From positions 130,239-194,238 of the forward strand of contig JAGNLW010000001.1 of the NCBI GenBank assembly GCA_017999365.1: a stretch of DNA of 64,000 nt. The letters are read 5' to 3'. Origin of the DNA: Candidatus Aminicenantes bacterium. Lineage in GTDB: Bacteria; Acidobacteriota; Aminicenantia; Aminicenantales; Saccharicenantaceae. Within the stretch, counting starts at the first letter, position 1. The number at the start of each line of letters is the position of its first letter. Shown here one piece after another: positions 1-8,148 of the stretch. A program made the position numbers and the translations under genes. The notes below the pieces were generated by a model. It was given only the letters and a program-made list of their open reading frames with translations, had not been told where the DNA came from and ran no database searches.

Positions 1-325
1 CGGCCAGGACGAGCCCGTCCGCTTCCTTGCGCACAAAAGAATATTTGCCGCTGAAGCCGTCGTCGTTCCCCCCGCTGCGGTCGTAGCTCGAGACCATCCC
101 GGTCCGGACGCCGTCGCGGAAGCGCGGCAGAAGGTCGGGCCGCGACAACGCGTCGAGGACGGCCAGGGCCCCGGCCGGCGCTCCCGCCCCGACCGCGACG
201 CCCCCCGCGGCCCCGCCCGCGCCCGCGGCCCCGGCCCCGGTCTCGCTCACCCGCCCGCAGCCCCAGCCCGACACCGCGAGCCAACCGCCCAACGCCGTCG
301 CCGCGAGCCGTGTTCCGATGCCCAT
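1..325 (-). CDS. N-terminal part of a putative lipoprotein with SSYDRxGGNDD motif (DUF2961/GH172-like); 3' end lies beyond the window start
   Basis: Minus-strand ATG at 325 gives [24 protein letters not shown] (signal plus Cys) followed by Gly/Ala linker and [24 protein letters not shown]. The ORF runs off the window edge, and it is not in the supplied track. Confidence 0.4.
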   Translation of the reverse strand, partial: MGIGTRLAATALGGWLAVSGWGCGRVSETGAGAAGAGGAAGGVAVGAGAPAGALAVLDALSRPDLLPRFRDGVRTGMVSSYDRSGGNDDGFSGKYSFVRKEADGLVLA

Positions 326-559
326 GTCCGCCTCCTCGACCGGGGCGCCGCCGCGCCCGGCCGATCGACTGGCGCCCGCGCGTCGCCCCACTATGGACCA
401 GCCCCGCCCCGCCCGTCAAGCGGCGGGAGGACGGCGCAGGACATTGACGGAATCTTCACAACCCTTTGACAATTCTTCCCCCGCCCCGGCCGATGATGGG
501 ACCGTGATGAACGACCGATCGACCGAACGACCTGCAGAAAACCACGACAGGGGGATCTC

Positions 560-1733
560 ATGAACGCCTGGACCGTCAGCGCTCCCGCCCTTGCCATCAG
601 CCTCGCCCTCAACTTCTGCCTTCCCGCCCCAGCCCCGTCTCCGGCACTTCCCGTGTCCGGCGTCTCCGCGCCCGCCAATCCCGCCCCCGCTTCGCCTGCC
701 CCGGAGGCCTCACCCGCCCCTCCGCCCGCCGCCCTCCAGTTCCACCCCAAGCCGCTCCTGGCCGCCGGCGAGGTCGCCGGCCTCAACTTCGGCGTCTGGG
801 CCTTCCTCCATTACGTCGGCAACGCCTACTATTCCTATATCAGCTGGGAAACCATCCGCGACAACATCCGCGACGGCTGGGAGTGGGACCGCAGCATGTA
901 TTTCGTCAACTTCTACCACCATCCCTACCACGGCTACCTCTATTACAGCGCCGGCCGGGCCAACGGCCTCGGCTTCTGGGGGTCGTCCCTGTGCGCCATC
1001 GGCGGCAGCCTGATGTGGGAGGTCATGATGGAGAAGTACCGGCCTTCCATCAACGACCTCATCACGACCTCGTCGGGCGGCATCGCCATCGGCGAGATCG
1101 GCTACCGCTTCTCGGCCCTGGTCCGCAAGAAGGGCGCCCGCGGGCTCGGCCGCATCTGGCGCGAGGCCGCCGGGACGGTCCTCGATCCCGTCGGCGGCGT
1201 CAACCGCCTGCTCAACGGCCACAAGGACGAAGAGCCGTGGCTGCCCGGCAGTCCCGATCTCGGCCGCATCCTCGACGGGGAGCTCGTCCTGACCGGTCCC
1301 GTCATCGCCCGCAGCGCCGGCCTGACGGGCACCCGGATCGCGCCCGTCCTGGGCTTCACGCTGCGCTACGGCGATCCGGCCGGCGCGGGCTGGACGGGGC
1401 GGCCTTACGACGTCTTCACCGTCGCCGGCCGTCTCCGCTGGGGCCCCGACAAGCCCCACCTGTCGCTGGCCATCCGGGGCGCGCTCGTCGGCAAACGCTG
1501 GGATGGCCCGCGCGGCTCATCGCACTTCGCCGGCCTCTATCAGCACTACGAATACTACGGCATCGACACCATGCGGGTCTGCGGCTCCTCGTTCACGGCC
1601 GGCTGGACCTCGACCTTCAGGCCGGGCCCCGAGGCGCGCATTACGGCTTCGGCCCGCTTGGGCTGGCTCGGCCGACGAACCGGGCTCCCGCCATCTCCTC
1701 GAGGCCCGGGTGTTCGCGACCTGGCAGTTCTAG
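560..1733 (+). pseudogene. Secreted/outer-membrane protein (DUF3943-like, uncertain) with an apparent frameshift near 1640-1690. The natural C-terminus ...EARVFATWQF is in another frame.
   Basis: ORF 560..1834 has a signal-like N-terminus and a Pro/Ala-rich linker, then a conserved-looking core (MWEVMMEKYRPSINDLITTSSGGIAIGEIGYRF). Its last ~50 codons read as junk and overlap the next gene. Frame 3 (ORF 1503..1733) over the same DNA ends in a classic OMP C-terminal strand with terminal Phe. Confidence 0.45.
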
Positions 1734-1746
1734 CGCGGAGGGGAAC

Positions 1747-2460
1747 ATGGTCCCGACAAGGAACAGACACAGGTTCGGAAGAGGGAGCACGGCGCTCGCG
1801 GATGTCCTCACGGCGGCCGCATTCGCGGCTTTAACCGCCCTGGCGGTCCTGGTTTGGCCGGCCTCGGCCGTCGCGGGCCCCGGCGACGGGCTTTCGGCCC
1901 GTCGGTCGGTCGGGGCGGTCGTGGACTTCGGCCTGGCCACATACGGCGCCGGAGACTTCGGGCGCGGCCCGCGCTACGGCGCCGGCCTGTGCTTCCGGAC
2001 CGGCCGGCACGCCGCGGTCGAGATCCTCGTCGAGCGCTTCACCGTGCCCGTCGCCGAGGGCGCGGCGGCGACCGAAGACCGGCCCGGGCTGTCGACGGGC
2101 TGACTCGCGAAGACCACGGTCCTCGTCGATCACCACTGGTATCCGTTCTGCCGAGGCCGCGTCCTCCCCTACGCCCTGATCGGGGTGGGATTCGCGATCT
2201 TCGGCTACGCTCCCGACGACGAGGCTTTGGCCGGGCGCCGGGACTTCGTCGATCGCCTGGCCCTCCAGCTCGGCGGCGGTCTCGAGTACCGGCTGACCCC
2301 GCGCCTGGCGGCCTGCGTCAAGGCCCGCTACGATCTCGTCAAGACGTGGCTCGAGGACCTGCCGCGGACCGCCCCCATCCGCGACACCGACCCCTTGGCC
2401 CAGAATATGCTGAACCTCTACGCCCTGGAGCTATCGCTGGGGATCAAGCTCGCTTTTTAG
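1747..2460 (+). pseudogene. Outer-membrane beta-barrel (OmpW/porin-family-like) gene interrupted by an in-frame TGA at 2101-2103
   Basis: Frame-1 ATG 1747 gives a signal peptide and beta-strand-like sequence up to ...GLSTG, then TGA. The same frame continues as LAKTTVLVDHHWYPF...MGFAIFGYAP... and ends in LSLGIKLAF (OMP C-terminal signature). The two pieces, 1747..2103 and 2185..2460, are collinear in one frame. Confidence 0.4.
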
Positions 2461-4635
2461 CTCCGGGCGGTGGTCGAGGACGCGCAGCACGGCCTCGGCC
2501 GCGGCGCCGTTGCCCCAGTCGTAGATCGTGAACACGCCCATGCCTTCGCCCTCGGGGCTGGTCCGGCCGCCGTGCCCGTAGTTCTCCATGGTGAATCCGT
2601 AGTCGGCCGGGCCGAACCACGGGTAGACGCGCTCCCACATGGCCTTGACCTTCGGGTTCTCCGGGCAGTACATCATGACGAAGCCGGCCTCGAGCGCGGC
2701 CAGCCCGCGTTCCCGGAAGGCCGTCTCCCCCGTCGCGTCGGCATAGTCGAGGAAGAGCTCGGCGAACAGGCTCTGGCGCGAGTCGTTCCACTCGCCGTCG
2801 GCGTTCATGACCCCGAAGCCGCCGAGGGCCGGGACGTGGATGAACGGCGGCTGCCAGACCTGCTGGGCCATCGACAGCTCGTCAAGCGTCCGCCGCCCCC
2901 AGTCGAGGTAGAGGGCGCGGCCGGTCGCGCGCCAGGCCGCGAGCAGGGCCTCGGCGGTCCAGAACATCGACAGCGTGTTCTGTTTGTAGAGGGCGTTGCG
3001 CTCGACCGGGCGGTCGAGGTAGCGGTCCTTGCCCCAGGCGCTGCACGACCAGAAGGTCTCGAAATCGAGCCAGCGGCCGCGCGGCACGATGTCCGCGACG
3101 ACTGCGTCGACGGCCCGCAGGGCGGCCGCCCGGAAGCGGGGCTCGCCCGTCATGTCGGCGAGCTTCAACAGGAACGTCGCGCTCAGGCTCGATTCGGGCG
3201 TCCGGTTCATGACCGGACCGGAGGCGTGGGTCTCGGGATGGAGCCAGCCGGGGAAATAGCCGGCCTCGTCCTGGAGGCGCAAGAGGCGCTCGCCGTAGGC
3301 CCGGGCGTAGTCGAGCAGGCGGGCGTCCTTCTCGAGCTCGTCGTGCCAGCGCAGCATGGCGAGGGCGGTCACGCTCATGTCGAGGACGTGGTACCAATCC
3401 GCCGTGATGCCGTGTTCGACGGGCGTGCGGTCGGAGTTCGTCCAGCGGGCCTCGCTCCAGGGCCGGGGCCGGGGCAGCATGCGGCCGTCGACCGGGACCT
3501 CCTCGTTCGGCGTCGCGATGACGGACGGGAACAGGCCGTCGGCGACGGGCGCGGCCAGGGCCAGCTCTTTCGTCATGCGGGCCTTGGCCAGGAGCCCCTC
3601 GTCGAGGGCCGCCCGGGCGTAACGGAACAGGCCCGAGGCGCTCCGCAGGGACGAGAACCAGGCCTGGTTCCAGATCGACAGGGACTCGCGCTGGAACCAC
3701 GGCTCGGGGGAGTTGGGCGACTGGGAGACGTTGACGATGAACTGGGGCGCGCCGACGCGCCGGCCGCCGAGGTCGAACTCCTGCCAGACGAACGGGGCCC
3801 AGCCGCGGAAGGCCCAGTCGTAGGTCCGGCGGACGTAGCTTCGGAGCGGCCCGGGGATGGGCTCGCCCTTCGCGTAGAGCGGGCGGCCCCATCGCGACCA
3901 CAGGAAGGACGCCGCGCCGGCCCAGGGGTCCTTGACGGGCTCGGGGTCGACGGCGGCGGAGATGAAGAAGCCCAATTCGACGCGGCCCGGCCGGAAGACC
4001 TGCCCGGGGACCTTTCTGAAAAGGACGTGCTCCGGGACATCGGTCTTGGACAGGCCGAGGGCCATGGCCCGCTTCGGCGCGTCGAGGTCGAGGAACCAGG
4101 GGTTCTCGGGCCGGGCGCCGACGAGGTCGAGATCGGGGACGACGGTCAGCACGCGCGGGCCGGCCGCGGCGATGAGGGCCGGCGAGCGGAACACGTGTTG
4201 GGCGGCGACGGTACCTTCCTCGGGCGCGAGGTGGGGGGCCCACCACAGCTCGGGCTCGAAGAGGAGGTCGAAGCGGACGGCGAGCTCGTCCTGGGCGGCC
4301 GGGGCTTCGAGGTCCCAGACGAGGCGGACGCGGCGCCAGCCCTTCTCCGGTCCGTCCAGGTCGGCGACGTCGACGCGCGGCGCCCCGGCCGGGCCGAGCG
4401 CGGGCACGGTGAAGGAAACGACGGGCTCGCCGTCGAGGCGCAGCGTGTAGCGGGCTCCGTCGCGGTCGAGGCGCGTCGCGCCGGTCTCGACGGCTCGGCA
4501 GGCCCAGAAGCCGGGAACGGCCGAGAGAAGGACGGCGAGAAGGATAGAAACACAGACGGCACGCGCGGGGTGGGCGTCCACGGAGATGGGTCGGCGGGCG
4601 CGGCGGGCACGGCGTGCGAACCGGGATCCGTTCAT
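2431..4635 (-). CDS. Large secreted hypothetical protein (possible alpha/alpha-toroid glycosidase-like fold; function unknown)
   Basis: ORF 2431..4770, trimmed to the ATG at 4635 that has a GGAGG RBS. The N-terminus MNGSRFARRARRARRP... plus a hydrophobic stretch is signal/TM-like. The protein is 734 aa, non-repetitive and Trp-rich. Confidence 0.6.
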   Translation of the reverse strand: MNGSRFARRARRARRPISVDAHPARAVCVSILLAVLLSAVPGFWACRAVETGATRLDRDGARYTLRLDGEPVVSFTVPALGPAGAPRVDVADLDGPEKGWRRVRLVWDLEAPAAQDELAVRFDLLFEPELWWAPHLAPEEGTVAAQHVFRSPALIAAAGPRVLTVVPDLDLVGARPENPWFLDLDAPKRAMALGLSKTDVPEHVLFRKVPGQVFRPGRVELGFFISAAVDPEPVKDPWAGAASFLWSRWGRPLYAKGEPIPGPLRSYVRRTYDWAFRGWAPFVWQEFDLGGRRVGAPQFIVNVSQSPNSPEPWFQRESLSIWNQAWFSSLRSASGLFRYARAALDEGLLAKARMTKELALAAPVADGLFPSVIATPNEEVPVDGRMLPRPRPWSEARWTNSDRTPVEHGITADWYHVLDMSVTALAMLRWHDELEKDARLLDYARAYGERLLRLQDEAGYFPGWLHPETHASGPVMNRTPESSLSATFLLKLADMTGEPRFRAAALRAVDAVVADIVPRGRWLDFETFWSCSAWGKDRYLDRPVERNALYKQNTLSMFWTAEALLAAWRATGRALYLDWGRRTLDELSMAQQVWQPPFIHVPALGGFGVMNADGEWNDSRQSLFAELFLDYADATGETAFRERGLAALEAGFVMMYCPENPKVKAMWERVYPWFGPADYGFTMENYGHGGRTSPEGEGMGVFTIYDWGNGAAAEAVLRVLDHRPELKSELDPQR

Positions 4636-4754
4636 GGCGGCCTCCTGGCCGAGGAGATAACACAAAAAGGGCGGCAGGGAAATAGGGGGATGGGTCTTGT
4701 GTCCTTCATTTGACGGGACTATAATCCGGCCAACCGGAGTCAGAGGAGGGAGCC

Positions 4755-5390
4755 ATGAGCGCCTGTCCATCCTGTCAGACCCAGAACCCGCCCGGCAGCA
4801 AGTTCTGCGCGGGTTGCGGAGGAGCTCTTCCCAAGATACCCGTTCCCCTGCGTTGCGCCTCCTGCGGAGCCGAGAGCCCGGAGGGCAGCCGCTTCTGCAA
4901 GGGCTGCGGCAAGCCGGTCGGAGCGGGCGCCGCCGGCGGCGGCGGCCAAGGGCGCACGGCCGCGCCCCCCGTCGCCCCCAAGCCCAAGGCCATGGGCGAG
5001 GGTGTCCAGCGCATCAAGACGCTCCTGCTCGCCGGAGCGGGCCTGTACGGCGTGGCCATCTTCCTCATGTATTCCGAACTGGCCCGGATGAAGGCCGCCT
5101 TCGGCCCGTACGCGGGGCAGCTTCCGGGAGCCGACACCCAGTGGTTCCTCATCATCCTCGACGCCTGCCTGGCCGCGGGGAACATCTACGCCTCGACGCT
5201 GGTCGTCAAAGGCGATCTCAAGTACGCCAAGTGGCTGTTCGCGGCGATGGCCGTCCTGGGGCTCATCTTCTTCGTCCGCGGCCTCAAGGGTTCCATCGTC
5301 TTCATCCTGCTCAACGGGGCCGTCATGGCCGCCGGTGCCTACGGCTACCGGCTGGTCGGGCAGGAGCATCGGAAGACCACCCCGGTTTGA
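4755..5390 (+). CDS. Double zinc-ribbon domain membrane protein
   Basis: N-terminus has two CPxC-x8-12-FCxGCG ribbons (CPSCQTQNPPGSKFCAGCG; CASCGAESPEGSRFCKGCG). The C-terminal half has about 4 predicted TM helices. GGAGGGAG RBS is present. Confidence 0.7.
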   Translation: MSACPSCQTQNPPGSKFCAGCGGALPKIPVPLRCASCGAESPEGSRFCKGCGKPVGAGAAGGGGQGRTAAPPVAPKPKAMGEGVQRIKTLLLAGAGLYGVAIFLMYSELARMKAAFGPYAGQLPGADTQWFLIILDACLAAGNIYASTLVVKGDLKYAKWLFAAMAVLGLIFFVRGLKGSIVFILLNGAVMAAGAYGYRLVGQEHRKTTPV

Positions 5391-5403
5391 CCAAGGAGAC
5401 GCC

Positions 5404-6162
5404 ATGATCGCATGCCCGTCCTGCGCCTTCGAGAATCCCGACGACGGCAAGTTCTGCACCGGCTGCGGGGCCAAACTGACGCCCCCGCCTCCCCCGCCCG
5501 CGGCTCCGGAAGCGGCCGCCGGGCCCGGCGGACCGTCGCGATTTTGCAACGAGTGCGGGGCCAGGGTCCCGGCGGATTCCAGGTTCTGCACGGCCTGCGG
5601 ACGGACGACCGAGCCCACCTCCCCGGGGGCCGGCCAGGAGGCCGGCGCGGGCGGGCGGGCCGGCGGCGCCGCTTCGGCCTCCGCCGCGGCCTATCTCGCC
5701 GCGCTCGACGAACGCCTGGCCACCGCCGGCTATGAGAAGATCGACGCGCCGGCGGTGCTCGGCCTCGACCGATTCCTCCGCCGCAAGAAGTTCGAGCTGA
5801 TGCAGATCGGTATGGTCACGGCGGTCTGCGGCGTCAAGGTCCTCGACGGGCCGGCGACGCCGTCCTACGTCAAGGATTACAGCAAGGCCGTCTTCGACGC
5901 CGCCGTCGGCAAGAAGGGCTTTCTGGCGCGCAACGCCGTCCAGCAGCTCCTCGTCTATCCCGTCCTGGTCGTCCCTTCGGCCGAGGCGGGCGTGGCCGAG
6001 TTCCTGAGCTCCCATTGGCCGAAGCACTGGATGGCCTTCGAGTTCCCTGTCGTCGCGGCGATCGGGACCGGGGAGCTCCTGCTCCACCGGGGCACGCCGG
6101 TCTGGCAGGCGCTGTCCCACGGGGGGTTCCGCAAGCAGGCCGAGAGCCTGTTCGCGGTCTAG
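5404..6162 (+). CDS. Double zinc-ribbon domain protein (paralogous N-terminus to the upstream gene)
   Basis: Start at ATG 5404 (AAGGAGAC RBS), inside track ORF 5335..6162. Ribbons are CPSCAFENPDDGKFCTGCG and CNECGARVPADSRFCTACG, followed by a Pro-rich linker and a ~170-aa C-terminal domain. Confidence 0.7.
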   Translation: MIACPSCAFENPDDGKFCTGCGAKLTPPPPPPAAPEAAAGPGGPSRFCNECGARVPADSRFCTACGRTTEPTSPGAGQEAGAGGRAGGAASASAAAYLAALDERLATAGYEKIDAPAVLGLDRFLRRKKFELMQIGMVTAVCGVKVLDGPATPSYVKDYSKAVFDAAVGKKGFLARNAVQQLLVYPVLVVPSAEAGVAEFLSSHWPKHWMAFEFPVVAAIGTGELLLHRGTPVWQALSHGGFRKQAESLFAV

Positions 6163-6163
6163 G

Positions 6164-6763
6164 TCAGCTGTCTGAGTCGCCCGAGGACGACGAGCCGGTG
6201 TCGTCGCTCCCCGAACCGGAAGGCTCGTCCGCGTCGGAGGACGAGGAAGAGGACGAGCCGCCCGCGTCATAGTCAGCGCCGGACGAAAGCCCGTCATCGT
6301 CGTCGGACAGCTCCGCGTCGTCGTCCGCCGCGCCGTGGTCGACGAGATGGCCGTCGGCGGGATCGACGACCTGGTCTGCGCCGACCGTGTCGGCCGACGA
6401 TCCGCGTCCCGTGGTGTCGACCGTGTCGATGCGGCCGTCGCCGTCGATGTCGTTGGCGACGCTCTCCGAATAGCCGTCTTGGTCGATGTCGCCGTAATAG
6501 GTGCCGGTGCTCGTCTTGCCGAGCTGGACCTCGACGTCGCCGAGCCCGTCCCCGTCCCGGTCGACCTTGGTCCACAGGCTGGAGCCGTCGCCGCCGCCGC
6601 GGTCCTCGATCTCGACGATGCGGGGCACGACCTCGGGCGGTCCCTCGCCGGCGCCGTCGGCGCTGTCGTCCGCGTCCGTCTCCTCCTCGACCTCCGTCAC
6701 CTTGAGATCGTCCACGGCCGGCGGCTCCTCACGGTCGCGGCCGGTGTCGTCGGGTTCGGCCAT
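6164..6763 (-). CDS. Highly acidic Asp/Ser-rich protein with DxDxDG calcium-binding-like (thrombospondin type-3-like) repeats
   Basis: 199-aa ORF directly downstream of, and co-oriented with, the M48 protease gene. It has repeated DRDGDGLGD / DIDGDGRID motifs and a poly-Ser C-terminus. It has no signal peptide, and the only RBS-like sequence (GAGGAG) abuts the ATG, which is sub-optimal, hence moderate confidence. Confidence 0.4.
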   Translation of the reverse strand: MAEPDDTGRDREEPPAVDDLKVTEVEEETDADDSADGAGEGPPEVVPRIVEIEDRGGGDGSSLWTKVDRDGDGLGDVEVQLGKTSTGTYYGDIDQDGYSESVANDIDGDGRIDTVDTTGRGSSADTVGADQVVDPADGHLVDHGAADDDAELSDDDDGLSSGADYDAGGSSSSSSSDADEPSGSGSDDTGSSSSGDSDS

Positions 6764-6786
6764 GTCGCCCTCCTCGGGGAAAGCCC

Positions 6787-7980
6787 CTACGACTTGGGAT
6801 CGATGCTATCGAGCCTGAGGCGGAACACGCCGCCGCAGGACTTGCAGGGGATGTCGAGCCAGGGTTCGGCGGGCCGGGCGACGAGACGGAACGTGAACGG
6901 GGCCCGGCAGGTCGGGCAGGTGCCCTCGAGGAGGCGGACCTTCGCCCCGGGCGGCGGTGCGGACGGGACGGGACCCGGCGCTTTTTTCGGGGGCCGGAGC
7001 TTCTTCAGGTAGCCCTTCTCGTCGAACAGGCCGTCGAGCGGGGCGCCGCTTCCGGACTCCACCTTCTGCCGGAGGGCCTCGTACGGCGGCGAGGCGGCGA
7101 AGTCGCGCAGCTCGACGAGGCGGCTGCCGAGGTAGGGCGTGGCCGAGGTCATCATCTGGCTGACCTTGGTCATGGTCGGATCCTGGGTCTCGGCCTGGCG
7201 GATCCAGTCGTCGATGTCCATCTCGGCCAGCTCGCGGCGCGAGCGGAGATGGAGCAGGAAGACGGCCCGCTTGGCGACGTCGAAGCCTCCGACGGCCAGC
7301 AGGGCGGCCCGGTCGGCGGTCATGTCGGCCACGCGCATCCAATTGGAGACGGCCGACTCGACGCCGCCTTCGATGACCTTGAGGGGATTGGAGAGGAGTC
7401 CGACGACGCCCTCGGCCATGAGGTTGGACCGCTGTTGACCGACCAGGAACATGCTGGCCGTCGTCCACAGGGCGTGCTGGCTGACGAGGTGGCCGATCTC
7501 GTGGCCGAGGACGAACAGGAGCTCCTCGTCGTTGAGGAAGCGGGGCAGGAAGGCGCCGATGTTGACGAAGGCGTCGTCGTCCGTGCCGTAGGTCGCGGAC
7601 TGGTAGCCGCGGTCGAGCTCGACGTAGAAGGCGGGCAGACGGGGGGCGCCGAGGCGCCGGGCGGCCAGGCGGCCGAGCTCGAGGACGCGGGGATACTGCC
7701 TGTCCGTGGCCAGGATGCTGTTGAAGGTCGATTCGTACCAGGGCTTGCCGATCTTGCGCGACAGGCTCTCGGCCGATTTGCGCAGGACGAGCGAGCCGCG
7801 GAGCATCTGGTTCATCCGCTGCATCGAGGGGTGCTCGAAGTCGCGGGGGTCGAGGGAGAAGGGCGCGGCGGACGGGCCGGGCGGTGGGGCGGCGCCCGCG
7901 GCCGAGGCGAGAGGGGCGCCGCACTGGCCGCAGAAGCGGCCGTGGTCGGGAACGGGAGAGCCGCAGGCGTTGCAGAACAT
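6787..7980 (-). CDS. M48-family zinc metalloprotease (HExxH) flanked by N- and C-terminal zinc-ribbon motifs
   Basis: The active-site motif is LGHEIGHLVSQH. The N-terminus has MFCNACGSPVPDHGRFCGQCG and the C-terminus has CPTCRAPF...CKSCGG, both zinc-ribbon-like. Confidence 0.75.
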   Translation of the reverse strand: MFCNACGSPVPDHGRFCGQCGAPLASAAGAAPPPGPSAAPFSLDPRDFEHPSMQRMNQMLRGSLVLRKSAESLSRKIGKPWYESTFNSILATDRQYPRVLELGRLAARRLGAPRLPAFYVELDRGYQSATYGTDDDAFVNIGAFLPRFLNDEELLFVLGHEIGHLVSQHALWTTASMFLVGQQRSNLMAEGVVGLLSNPLKVIEGGVESAVSNWMRVADMTADRAALLAVGGFDVAKRAVFLLHLRSRRELAEMDIDDWIRQAETQDPTMTKVSQMMTSATPYLGSRLVELRDFAASPPYEALRQKVESGSGAPLDGLFDEKGYLKKLRPPKKAPGPVPSAPPPGAKVRLLEGTCPTCRAPFTFRLVARPAEPWLDIPCKSCGGVFRLRLDSIDPKS

Positions 7981-8148
7981 GTGACCCCGGTGTTACCCGC
8001 TGAATTAGCACACGCGGCAAGGGCAAGTCAAGGCGGGAAGCCGGGAGACGAGGGCGGCACGTTCGGAAAAATGGGCGATCGGGTCTTGTGTCCCCGTTTT
8101 GGCGGGGATAGAATAGCCGGGAACGAACGTTCCGATCGGAGGCTCTCC

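Noticed and set aside
2101-2160. Possible selenocysteine (UGA recoding) in the outer-membrane-protein gene, given the full sel machinery
   Set aside because: No convincing SECIS stem-loop within ~10-40 nt downstream of the TGA (only a 4-bp GACC/GGTC stem). Selenoproteins are redox enzymes, not porin-like barrels. Pseudogene or sequencing error is more likely.
2470-4713. 747-aa plus-strand ORF antisense to the 2431-4635 gene (and similar long antisense ORFs: 21364-24573, 30234-33518, 53726-58207, 61282-63852, 7249-8148 leader, 29253-30410 leader)
   Set aside because: Low-complexity R/G/A/P/E-rich translations typical of GC-rich antisense frames. Each lies opposite a gene with clear family motifs, or is an upstream extension before a well-supported start.
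6294-6575. 93-aa Arg-rich minus ORF and 225-aa plus ORF (6335-7012) overlapping the Asp-rich gene
   Set aside because: Poly-Arg and low-complexity antisense frames of the acidic protein gene and the M48 gene.
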